A DNA stretch of 64,000 bases from NCBI GenBank assembly GCA_040218735.1, contig JAVJQW010000006.1, positions 96,001 to 160,000 on the forward strand, given 5' to 3'. The position numbers and the translations under genes are program-made. Position 1 is the first letter of the stretch; each line of letters opens with the position of its first letter. The notes beneath the pieces were generated by a model. That model was not told the DNA's origin, ran no database searches, and worked only from the letters and a program-made list of their open reading frames with translations. Below, one piece after another: positions 18,774-27,532 of the stretch. This DNA comes from Deltaproteobacteria bacterium (GTDB lineage: Bacteria > Myxococcota > Kuafuiibacteriia > Kuafuiibacteriales > Kuafuiibacteriaceae).

Positions 18774-21614
18774 GTGCGCGTCCGCCCCGTCCTCGTCCTG
18801 CCGCTCCTCTTCGCCTGTTCGTCCGCCGAGGATCCGCCGAAGGGGCCGCCGCCGCCGGTGCAGGAGCTGGGGTCTCCCGCGCTCGCCTACGAGGGCGCCG
18901 CGCCGACCGAGATCGAGCTGGGGCCGCGGCCGTCCGGGAGCACCTTGGGCCTCGACGTCGTCGTGACGAACGTCGGCGCGGGGCCGCTGACGATCGCCGG
19001 CGTCGATCCGTCCGCCGACTTCGATGCCCGCATCGACGCCGGCGGCCAACAGACCGTGACCGTCGAGCTCACGTTCGACGATCTGCAGACGCAAGAACGA
19101 CAGATCACGTTCACGTTCGAGGACAGCGACATCGAACGCCTCACCTTCACGGTGCGCTGGTCGATCCGGACCGAGACGATCTCGATCGCGCCGCCCTCGG
19201 AGCTGTCTTCCCTCGGGGGCCTCGCGTTCACGCCGAAGCCCGGGCTCGACAGCACGCTCTCGCGGCTCGTCGACGCGCGCCCGGAGGAGTTCCCGCCCGA
19301 CGTCACCGTCATCGACGGGCGCGTGCAGTTCTCGGTGCAGGTCGCGCCGTCCACCGTCGCGATCGCGGTGACCGCGCTCGAGGGCGCGGGCGCCGAGGTC
19401 ACCTCCAGCGACGACACCTTCGGGCTCATCCAAGCGTGGGCGCCGATCGATGACCTCGAGACGATCGCGGCGCTCGAAGTCGTCCCGCGCGTGACGAACC
19501 CACCGCGCGCGGTGCCGGCGCTCGCCTCCGCGCTCCTCGAGATGGACGTCGCGCCCTGGCACGGCGCGGGCTTCGACGGCCGCGACGTGCGCGTTGGCAT
19601 CATCGACGTGGGCTTCGCCGGCTTCGATGCGTTGGTCGGCGAGCAGCTCCCCTCGGGCGTCGAGTTCATGAACTTCGTCGACGAGGCACCGAACCCGAAC
19701 GTCCCGTTCAGCGCGTCGAACCACGGGACGGCGGTCGCCGAGATCGTCCACGGTGCGGCGCCGGGCGCCGAGCTCTACCTCGCGGAGATCAGCCGCCTCC
19801 CGGATCTCGTCGAGGCCGTGAACTGGTTCCTCGCGAACGACATCCACGTCATCAACACGTCGCTCGAGTTCTTCAACGTCGGCCCGGGCGACGGCAGCGG
19901 GATCGTGAACGACATCGTCGCGGTCGTCGCGGACGCCGGCGTCGTGTGGGTCACCGCCGCCGGCAACCAACGCCGCACGCACTGGTTCGGCGCCGCCACG
20001 TTCGACGCGATGGACCGGATGATCTTCCCCGGCTCCGCGAACCAACCGGTGAACTACCTGCCGTACTGCCTACCGATGAACTACCCGATCACCGGTTACC
20101 TGCGGTGGAGCGACTGGGGGAACGTCGACCAGGACCTCGACCTGCACGTGGTGAAGGTCGAGCAGAACGGGACGCTGACGTTCGTCGCGTCGTCGTCGGA
20201 TCCGCAGAACGGTGGCGCCGGGCAGACGCCGACCGAAACCTTGAGCTGGGCCGTCGACGATCCGTGCGTCGGGAGCTGGCCGCTCTACGGGTTCGCGGTG
20301 ACTCGCGGCGGGGCGACCGGCGCCCTCGACGTGGAGCTGTTCTCGCTCGGGCTCGAGGTCGCGACGCAGGTGTTCACCCAGTCGATCACCACGCCCGGCG
20401 ACAGCCCGCGCGCGATCTCCGTCGCGGCCGTCGAGCCGTTCCCGCCGTACACCGTCGCGTTCTACTCCGCCGAGGGACCGACGCACGGCCCGGGCGGCGT
20501 GATGGGCGGCGGCTTCGGAAAACCGGACATCTCGGCGTACACCGACATCAACCTCGTCTCGACGGGCGCGACGCTCTTCAACGGCACCTCCGCCGCGGCG
20601 CCGTTCGTTGCGGGTGCGGCCGCGGACGTGTTGAGCGCCGACGGTGACCTGTCGCCGGCCGAGGTCCGCGGGCTCCTCGTCGAGTGGGCGCCCACGCTCG
20701 GCCAGCCCGCGCGCCACGGCGCGGGGCGTGTCGTCATGGGGCCGCTGCTCGTCCCGCTCGGCGCGCCGTCGATCGTCGGCCCGGCCGACGCGACCGCGTG
20801 GGCGACGAACGAGCTCCGCGCGCAGGTCGGTCCGATGAACGCGACCGCGCCCATCACCTACCTGTGGTCCGCGACCGGTAACCCGGACGTGATGCCCGGC
20901 GCGACGCCAGACATCGTTCACTACCGCTGGACCGAGGCCGGCACACACACCGTCACGTTGCGCGTGAACAACCCGGGGAGCGCCGAACAGATCACCACCT
21001 CGCAGGTCGTGGTGACCGGCCTGAGCGCGGGGATCGGCGTGGGCTCCTGCGCCGACGGCATCTTCGGCCTCGACGTCACGCTGGACGGCACCACCGCCGG
21101 CACGAACTACGGCGTCTACCACTCCACCGATCTGCAGACGTGGGCGGTGTCCTCCGTCGGCGTTACCGGCGCGGGCAGCAGCACCGTGTTCACCGACTGC
21201 GGCGGTCCGGGCTGGGACCCCGACGCGGGCGGACAGGCGTTCTACCGCGGCGCGGTCGAGGACGATCCGGACGGCGACGGGCTCGGCACCGGCTACGAGA
21301 TCACGATCCTCGGCACCGACCCGCTGCTCGCGGACACCGACGGCAACGGCACCGACGACGGGGACGAGGACTTCGACCTCGACGGCCTCGGCAACGGCGC
21401 CGAGCTCAACATGCCGGGCACGGTCTACTTCGACCCGTGCCGCGCGGGCACGTCGGACCCGAACGCGATGGACTCCGACGGCGACGGCACGAACGACGAC
21501 GCCGACGCGTTCCCGCTCGACCCCGCGGCGTTCGCCGACGCGGACTGCAACGGGCAGTCGGACGTCCCGCTCATGGGGGCGTCGACCAGCCGGCCGCCCG
21601 TCACTGCGCAGTGA
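18774..21614 (+). CDS. S8 subtilase lipoprotein with PKD domain and Asp-rich Ca-binding repeats
   Basis: Lipobox LLFAC; catalytic IIDVGF, NHGTAVA, AAGN, GTSAAAP; DTDGNG/DSDGDG..DAFPLDP repeats. Confidence 0.85.
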   Translation: MRVRPVLVLPLLFACSSAEDPPKGPPPPVQELGSPALAYEGAAPTEIELGPRPSGSTLGLDVVVTNVGAGPLTIAGVDPSADFDARIDAGGQQTVTVELTFDDLQTQERQITFTFEDSDIERLTFTVRWSIRTETISIAPPSELSSLGGLAFTPKPGLDSTLSRLVDARPEEFPPDVTVIDGRVQFSVQVAPSTVAIAVTALEGAGAEVTSSDDTFGLIQAWAPIDDLETIAALEVVPRVTNPPRAVPALASALLEMDVAPWHGAGFDGRDVRVGIIDVGFAGFDALVGEQLPSGVEFMNFVDEAPNPNVPFSASNHGTAVAEIVHGAAPGAELYLAEISRLPDLVEAVNWFLANDIHVINTSLEFFNVGPGDGSGIVNDIVAVVADAGVVWVTAAGNQRRTHWFGAATFDAMDRMIFPGSANQPVNYLPYCLPMNYPITGYLRWSDWGNVDQDLDLHVVKVEQNGTLTFVASSSDPQNGGAGQTPTETLSWAVDDPCVGSWPLYGFAVTRGGATGALDVELFSLGLEVATQVFTQSITTPGDSPRAISVAAVEPFPPYTVAFYSAEGPTHGPGGVMGGGFGKPDISAYTDINLVSTGATLFNGTSAAAPFVAGAAADVLSADGDLSPAEVRGLLVEWAPTLGQPARHGAGRVVMGPLLVPLGAPSIVGPADATAWATNELRAQVGPMNATAPITYLWSATGNPDVMPGATPDIVHYRWTEAGTHTVTLRVNNPGSAEQITTSQVVVTGLSAGIGVGSCADGIFGLDVTLDGTTAGTNYGVYHSTDLQTWAVSSVGVTGAGSSTVFTDCGGPGWDPDAGGQAFYRGAVEDDPDGDGLGTGYEITILGTDPLLADTDGNGTDDGDEDFDLDGLGNGAELNMPGTVYFDPCRAGTSDPNAMDSDGDGTNDDADAFPLDPAAFADADCNGQSDVPLMGASTSRPPVTAQ

Positions 21615-22548
21615 GGCGGACCTTCGTCATCTTCGTCTCGTCGAGCTGCGAGTACATCCGAACCAGCTTGCCCGTCGCGTCGACGTCGAAGCTCATCGCG
21701 ATGTAGGTCGCGTGGCCTTCGCGCTCCGCGAAGCGCGCGACGAACCCCGCGGCGCCGTTGAGCACCCGCGGCTCGAACCAGACCGGCGCGCCGCGCTTCG
21801 CGGTGATGCCGACGAGGTACTTCGCGACGCGCTCGGCGCCGATCACCGGACGGTGCGCCGCGCGGTACCGTCCGCCGCCGTCGGAGCGCGCGACGACGTC
21901 CGCGGCGAGGAGCGCCTCGACGCCTTCGATGTCCCCCGCGACGAGGTGTGAGAACAGCGCCATCATCGCGTGCTGGGCGTCCTCCATCGGGCCGCTCTTG
22001 GGCGCGTCGTCGTACGTCGCCATCTGGCGGCGCGCGCGGTGCAGCGTCGTCTTGACGTTGGCTTCGCTCATGTCGAGCGCCGTCGCGGTCTCCTTCACCG
22101 AGTAGTCGAAGACGTCACGCAGCAGCAGCACCGCCCGCGCCGTGGGGCGCAGCGCCTCGAGCGCGACGAGGAACGCGATCGACACACTCTCCAGCAGGTC
22201 GTAGCGCGCTTCGGTGTCGGCGCGCTCGACGTGCTCGGCGGGGGGCTCGTGCTCCAGCGCTTCGATCGGCTCCGGGAGCCAGTCACCGCCGTACTTCTTG
22301 CGGCGTCGTCGGCGGAGCCGGTCGCGCGAGAGGTTCATCGCCACGCGCACGAGCCACGGCCGCAACGTACGTTGCACGTCCTTCGGCGGGTTCGTGACGA
22401 GGCGCTCGAAGGTGTCCTGCATCAGATCGTCGGCGTCCGCGGACGAGCCGGTCATGCGGTAACACAGGCCCCACACGTGGCGGTGGTGGCGGGCGTACGC
22501 GGTGTCGAACGCTCCGTCCACGCGGTATCGATTCGCACTGGTCTGCAT
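21601..22548 (-). CDS. ECF41 (SigJ-like) sigma factor with SnoaL-like C-terminal domain
   Basis: CYRMTGS.ADADDLMQD, WLPEP linker, DGGG motif, VLNG; start ATG 22548 or 22575. Confidence 0.88.
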   Translation of the reverse strand: MQTSANRYRVDGAFDTAYARHHRHVWGLCYRMTGSSADADDLMQDTFERLVTNPPKDVQRTLRPWLVRVAMNLSRDRLRRRRRKKYGGDWLPEPIEALEHEPPAEHVERADTEARYDLLESVSIAFLVALEALRPTARAVLLLRDVFDYSVKETATALDMSEANVKTTLHRARRQMATYDDAPKSGPMEDAQHAMMALFSHLVAGDIEGVEALLAADVVARSDGGGRYRAAHRPVIGAERVAKYLVGITAKRGAPVWFEPRVLNGAAGFVARFAEREGHATYIAMSFDVDATGKLVRMYSQLDETKMTKVRLTAQ

Positions 22549-22561
22549 CGCGTTCAACCCC

Positions 22562-23872
22562 TCATGCGACCGCACGCGTTCGTCGTGTCACCGCGTGCGC
22601 CGCGGCGGCGCGTCCGCTCGCGGCGGCGGCGTCGGCGAGCATCCCGGTCGGGCCGACCCAGTCTCCTGCGATCAGGAGCCCGTCGACCCCCGCGGCGTCG
22701 ACGTCCGGGCGACCGGCGAGGCCGCCGCGGTCGGCGTCGGGGGAGTCGGGGGTGACGACGAGGTTCGGCAGGAAGCGCTCGTGCACGACGACCTCGCGCC
22801 AGCCCGGCTGCATGCGGTCGAGCGTGCGCTCCAGCATCGCGCGGGTGCCCTCTGGCGTGTGGGTGTCGTCTGGTCCGAGGTACGCCGCGGCGTGCACCGT
22901 CGCGGCGCCGTGGGGCGCGACGTCGGCCCACACCGAGTGCACCGAGAAGTACGTGGGTTCGTCGAGGCCCAGCGCGAAGATCGCGCGCGGGTCGGGGAGG
23001 CGGGACAGCGCGACGTCGAGGCTCGCGGCGCGCACCGGCCGCGCGCGCGCGGCGATCGCGTCGAGGGCGGGGCAGGGGAACAGGCGCGCGCAGGTCGCCG
23101 GGTCGAGCGCGAGGATCACGCGGTCGGCGTGGGCGAGCTCTGCGTCGTCGTCGCGGTTCGGCGTCCGCACGCCCACGACGAACCCGTCCGCGCCGCGCTC
23201 GACGCGCTCCACGCGTGCGCCCGTCACCAGCTCGGCGCCGGCTTCGCGGGCGGCTTCGGCGAGGCCGTCGACGATCGCCGTCCACCCTCCGTCTACATAG
23301 TCGACCCCCGCATACGTGCCCGAGACGAGCTGGCCGAGGAGCGCGCCGGCGGAGAGGTGCGCGGGGTCGTCGGCGTAGGTCGTGAGGCGTGCGAGGGCGA
23401 GGGCGACACGGCGCGCGGAGTCGTCGGCGAACGTTTCGTCGAAGAAGCGCTGCACGGTGGTGCGGGCGAGGGCGTCGGCGTCGAACGACTTCATGCGCGC
23501 CATGAAGCGCGCGAGCTCGACCTTGCCGGCGAGCGTGAGCGCGCCGGTGGTGAGGAGCGAGGCGAAGCCGGTCACGGCGGTGTGGCGTGTGTCGGCGTCG
23601 AGGAAGAATCCGGTCGGAGCGACGCGGTGGGACCCGATCGCCACGTCGAGATCCTTCAGCGCTTCGGCGAGCGCGCCCGCGCGGTAGAGCGCGTGCGGTC
23701 CGAGGTTGAGCGCGTGCCCGGCGGCGTAGGTGGTGCGGGCGCGACCGCCCAGCGCGGTGCTCCGCTCCAGGAGGCGGACCTTCTGTCCCTCCCGGGCGAG
23801 CTGCGTGGCGGCGACGAGGCCGGCGAGGCCGCCGCCGACGATCAGGGTGTCGAAGCTGGTGTGGTCAGGCAT
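22562..23872 (-). CDS. FAD-dependent oxidoreductase (phytoene dehydrogenase/amine oxidase-like)
   Basis: IVGGGLAGL..ERSTALGGRA, LNLGPHALY, AGDWVG; RBS GAAAGGA upstream of ATG 23872. Confidence 0.85.
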   Translation of the reverse strand: MPDHTSFDTLIVGGGLAGLVAATQLAREGQKVRLLERSTALGGRARTTYAAGHALNLGPHALYRAGALAEALKDLDVAIGSHRVAPTGFFLDADTRHTAVTGFASLLTTGALTLAGKVELARFMARMKSFDADALARTTVQRFFDETFADDSARRVALALARLTTYADDPAHLSAGALLGQLVSGTYAGVDYVDGGWTAIVDGLAEAAREAGAELVTGARVERVERGADGFVVGVRTPNRDDDAELAHADRVILALDPATCARLFPCPALDAIAARARPVRAASLDVALSRLPDPRAIFALGLDEPTYFSVHSVWADVAPHGAATVHAAAYLGPDDTHTPEGTRAMLERTLDRMQPGWREVVVHERFLPNLVVTPDSPDADRGGLAGRPDVDAAGVDGLLIAGDWVGPTGMLADAAAASGRAAAAHAVTRRTRAVA

Positions 23873-23896
23873 GGTTTGGTTCCTTTCACCCGAGCC

Positions 23897-23923
23897 CACG
23901 CTGTTTCTTCGCCGGGGGTTACA
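23897..23923 (-). promoter_or_regulatory. Candidate ECF41-type promoter
   Basis: Minus strand TGTAACC-N16-CGTG upstream of the oxidoreductase-sigma pair; similar to the TGTCACA-N16-CGTC ECF41 consensus. Confidence 0.35.
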
Positions 23924-23994
23924 GCCTGACGCACCACGTCGTTCGGATTTCACTCCGCCCGATAAACGGCGAGGCCTGCTATGCTCCCGCCGCG

Positions 23995-24945
23995 ATGCCT
24001 CGGTGCCCCCACTGCACGCACGAGTTCGCCATCAGCGAAGGCTTCAAGTGTCCGTCGTGTGGCGAGGACTACCGGAGCGCCGGCTCCAGCAAACCCGCGC
24101 ACCTCGCGGTGCTCGAAGGCGACGCAGCGCCGGAGGCGAAGCCGCGGCTGGTCTCTTCGGCGGGCCCGTCCGTCCCGGTCCGCGCGCGGCAGAACGACAG
24201 CGTCCCGAACGGCTGGATGGCGCGCTTGGAGGCGGCGCGGGTGACGGCGTCGAACGCGCCGCAGCCCACGTCGGGGGCGCCGGCCCCTGCGCCGGCCGCG
24301 CCGGCCAAGCCTCCGCCCCCGGCGGCCGCGCCGCCGCCGTTGCGCAAGTCGAAGAAGAACGGCCTGGAGGGCAAGCCGGCGCACCTGCTGGTGGCCCAGC
24401 TCGAGCAGGAGGAGACGAAGCGCCGCGCCGCGGAAGCGGAGCGGATTCAGGAGCTGTTCACGACGGAGAGCACCGACGAGATCTCCAGCGTTCAGGTCGA
24501 GGTGCCCGTCGAGGCGCGCACGAAGAAGAAGAAGATCCCCGATTGGCTGATCGGACTGATCGTCGTCGCGGTCGTCGCGGTCGGCGGGCTCGTCGCCTAC
24601 AACACCGTCGAGGACGCGCCCGAGCCGACCGTCACCGTGGACCCCGAGCTCGCGGCGGCGGTCGAGAAGCGCCGTGAGGCGATGTCGGAGCTCGAGGAGG
24701 GGCACGTCCAGGTCCTGCAGGGCGAGAAGGGCGCGAAGAAGGCGATCGAGCACTACCAGCGGGCGCTGAAGCTGGAGCCGACGTTGGCGAAGGCGGAGCG
24801 TGGCCTCGCGAGCGCGCACGCGGCCTTGAACGACAAAGCCACCGCGGTGGAGCACTACCGGCGCTATCTCGAGATGGAGCCGGACGCGAAGGACGCGGCC
24901 GAAGTGCGCGAGATCATCGACCGGTACGAGAAGCGCAACAAGTAG
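23995..24945 (+). CDS. Zinc-ribbon + TM + TPR membrane protein
   Basis: CPHC..CPSC, Pro/Ala linker, one TM segment, C-terminal TPRs (AIEHYQRALKLEP, AVEHYRRYLEMEP). Confidence 0.75.
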   Translation: MPRCPHCTHEFAISEGFKCPSCGEDYRSAGSSKPAHLAVLEGDAAPEAKPRLVSSAGPSVPVRARQNDSVPNGWMARLEAARVTASNAPQPTSGAPAPAPAAPAKPPPPAAAPPPLRKSKKNGLEGKPAHLLVAQLEQEETKRRAAEAERIQELFTTESTDEISSVQVEVPVEARTKKKKIPDWLIGLIVVAVVAVGGLVAYNTVEDAPEPTVTVDPELAAAVEKRREAMSELEEGHVQVLQGEKGAKKAIEHYQRALKLEPTLAKAERGLASAHAALNDKATAVEHYRRYLEMEPDAKDAAEVREIIDRYEKRNK

Positions 24946-24997
24946 GGGCGGCGGGGTTCAATCGACTTCCAACGGGTGCTACGACAAGCGCCCGGCC

Positions 24998-26317
24998 ATG
25001 AGCATCACCGAACAAGTCCTCGAAAAGATCGAAAAGCGCGAAGCCACGATCGGCGTGTGCGGCCTCGGCTACGTGGGGCTCCCGCTGATCGGCGCCTTCC
25101 GGCGCGCGGGGTTCACGGTCTACGGATTCGACATCGACGACAAGAAGGTCGACGCCCTCGAGAAGGGTGAGTCGTATATCAAACACATCGACTTCGAGAA
25201 GCTGCGCGTCGCGATCGAGGAGAAGAAGTTCATCCCGACGACCGACTTCGGTCGCATCGGGGAGCCGGACGTCATCCTCATCGCGGTGCCGACGCCGCTG
25301 ACGAAGACCCGCGAGCCGGATCTGACGGCGGTCGAAGGGACGTGCCGGGCGATCGCTTCGGGGCTGCGCGAAGGGCAGCTCGTGGTGCTGGAGTCGACGA
25401 CCTATCCGCTGACGACGGTCGAGGTGTGCAAGCCGATCCTCGAGGAGAGCGGGCTGTCGGCGGGGAAGGACTTCTTCCTCGCGTACTCGCCGGAGCGCGA
25501 GGATCCGGGCAACCCGCACTTCGAGACGAGCACGATCCCGAAGGTGGTCGGCGGGCACGACCCCGATTCGATGCGGGTCGCGGAGGCGGTCTACGCGTCG
25601 ATCATCGAGCGGGTGGTGCCGGTGTCGTCGATGGCGGCGGCGGAGCTGACGAAGATCTTCGAGAACACGTTCCGCGCGGTGAACATCGCGTTGGTCAACG
25701 AGCTGAAGATGATGTGCCTCCGGATGGGTATCGACGTCTGGGAGGTCATCGACGCGGCGGCGACGAAGCCGTTCGGGTTCATGCCGTTCTATCCGGGCCC
25801 GGGGCTCGGCGGGCACTGCATTCCGATCGACCCGTTCTACCTGACGTGGAAGGCGCGTGAGTACGACTTCTCGACGCGCTTCATCGAGCTCGCGGGTGAG
25901 ATCAACACGCGGATGCCGTACCACGTGGTCGACGGGGTGATGACGCACCTCAACGAGATCGGCATCGCGCTGAACGGCGCGCACGTGTTGGTGCTCGGCA
26001 TCGCGTACAAGAAGAACGTCGACGACCTGCGTGAGTCGCCGTCGTTGAAGATCATCGATCTGTTGAAGGACTCGGGCGCGAAGGTCCTCTACAACGACCC
26101 GCACTGCCCGGTGATGAAGCGGACGCGCCACTTCGACCTCGGGATGCAGTCGGTGGAGCTGACGCCCGAGCTGCTCGCGTCGCAGGACGCGGTGTTGGTG
26201 CTGACGGCGCACGACGCGTACGACTGGGACTTCATCACCGAGTACGCGACGCTCCTGATCGACACGCGGAACGCGACGAAGTTCGCGAAGAAGCGCGAGA
26301 ACATTCGGAAGCTGTAG
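24998..26317 (+). CDS. UDP-N-acetylhexosamine 6-dehydrogenase (WbpA/WecC family)
   Basis: GLGYVGLP, VPTPL, LESTTYP, SPEREDPGN, GGHCIPIDP, DDLRESP. Confidence 0.92.
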   Translation: MSITEQVLEKIEKREATIGVCGLGYVGLPLIGAFRRAGFTVYGFDIDDKKVDALEKGESYIKHIDFEKLRVAIEEKKFIPTTDFGRIGEPDVILIAVPTPLTKTREPDLTAVEGTCRAIASGLREGQLVVLESTTYPLTTVEVCKPILEESGLSAGKDFFLAYSPEREDPGNPHFETSTIPKVVGGHDPDSMRVAEAVYASIIERVVPVSSMAAAELTKIFENTFRAVNIALVNELKMMCLRMGIDVWEVIDAAATKPFGFMPFYPGPGLGGHCIPIDPFYLTWKAREYDFSTRFIELAGEINTRMPYHVVDGVMTHLNEIGIALNGAHVLVLGIAYKKNVDDLRESPSLKIIDLLKDSGAKVLYNDPHCPVMKRTRHFDLGMQSVELTPELLASQDAVLVLTAHDAYDWDFITEYATLLIDTRNATKFAKKRENIRKL

Positions 26318-26346
26318 CTCCCGGTTCCCGCCGGGTGCGAGCAGGG

Positions 26347-26646
26347 ATGAAAGCCAAGACCCCACCCGCAAAACACGCGACGGTCTTCGTGTGCCACGAG
26401 TGCGACGGCAAGAAGCCCCGCCCCAAGACGGTGCGCGCGTTCCTCAAGGCCGGCGTCAAAGCCGGCGGCGCGAAGCGCTCCCTGCGCGTAGTGGAGTCCG
26501 AGTGCCTCGACCTGTGCCCGAAGCGCGCGGTCGCGGTGTGCATCGCGCGCACGGCGTCGGGAGCGACGTTTCACGAGCTGGAGGACGACGACGCGATGAA
26601 GACGTTGTTGTCGAGCTTGCTGGAAGAGGTCCGGCGGCCGGGTTGA
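26347..26646 (+). CDS. Small thioredoxin-like (2Fe-2S) ferredoxin-type protein
   Basis: VFVCHEC...CLDLCP four-Cys pattern; ATG 26347. Confidence 0.6.
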   Translation: MKAKTPPAKHATVFVCHECDGKKPRPKTVRAFLKAGVKAGGAKRSLRVVESECLDLCPKRAVAVCIARTASGATFHELEDDDAMKTLLSSLLEEVRRPG

Positions 26647-26673
26647 GGCCGAACCTCACCGCGTGTCACCCGT
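26597..26673 (+). repeat. Direct repeat copy 1 (~77 bp; 36-bp identical core 26638-26673)
   Basis: tgaagacgttgttgtc...ccgggttgaggccgaacctcaccgcgtgtcacccgt recurs at 27455-27532. Confidence 0.9.
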
Positions 26674-26770
26674 TTGGGACGTTGGCCGGCGGCCGCCGAC
26701 CCGGATGTCTGTGGCGTGCGGGACTGAGTCGACCCGAGCCCGACGGCATGCGACGGTCCGCCGCACGGAC

Positions 26771-27427
26771 ATGAACACCCGCATCCTACCGTTGACGTTC
26801 ATGCTGCTCGCTGCGGGTTGTGGCTCGTCGAACGAACCCAGTCCCTCGCCCACGTCGGCGCGCGACGCGGGCGAGGCGGCTGTCAACGACTTCTCGTGCA
26901 CGGGAGTGGCTGAACGGTGCGACCAGGGCGCGCTGTTGTTCCGCGGCGATTGCGAAGCGCTCGACCAGTGCGACCCGTACCACGCCTGCCGGACCCGGAC
27001 GCTCCTGTGTTTCGACTACGCATCCCAGCCAGAGTGCGTGCGTGTCGGCTGCTCGTGGGAGGGAGAGTGTTCGGGGTCCGCTCGAAGCTGCTCGAGCTAC
27101 CTCACGCCGGCGCAGTGCAACATGCAGCCGGGTTGCAGTTGGTCGGCTGCGCTCGATGACTGTCGTGGGGCTCGCAGCTGCCTGTTGCAGGAAAACGGGA
27201 TCGAGTGTGGCGCGATCGAAGGATGCCGCTGGAGTGAGGACTGCCGGGGTACGGCGGACGCCAATGCTTGCAACGAGGCTGGAGACACGTCGAGCGAGTG
27301 CGAGACCACGTCGGTATGCGGGTGGCAGTACATCGACTGCCGCGGAAACGAGTTCGCCTGCGCCCGACACACGGACGAGACGACGTGCGTCGCCGAGGCG
27401 GGGTGCTCGTGGACACGTAGCGGCTGA
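26771..27427 (+). CDS. Cys-rich repeat lipoprotein
   Basis: MNTRILPLTFMLLAAGC lipobox; five C-x7/8-C-x3/4-C-x-W repeats. Confidence 0.75.
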   Translation: MNTRILPLTFMLLAAGCGSSNEPSPSPTSARDAGEAAVNDFSCTGVAERCDQGALLFRGDCEALDQCDPYHACRTRTLLCFDYASQPECVRVGCSWEGECSGSARSCSSYLTPAQCNMQPGCSWSAALDDCRGARSCLLQENGIECGAIEGCRWSEDCRGTADANACNEAGDTSSECETTSVCGWQYIDCRGNEFACARHTDETTCVAEAGCSWTRSG

Positions 27428-27454
27428 GCTCAGCGGACGCAGCCGATACCCGGG

Positions 27455-27532
27455 TGAAGACGTTGTTGTCTTCGCTGCTCGACGAGGTCATCCACACCGG
27501 GTTGAGGCCGAACCTCACCGCGTGTCACCCGT
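27455..27532 (+). repeat. Direct repeat copy 2 (core 27497-27532)
   Basis: Matches 26597-26673; contains the TGAGG-ccgaa-CCTCA hairpin and the stop codon of the convergent gene. Confidence 0.9.

Noticed and set aside
26597-27532. Integron cassette interpretation of the repeat-flanked gene
   Set aside because: No RYYYAAC...GTTRRRY attC structure and no integron integrase; the repeats derive from coding and terminator sequence.
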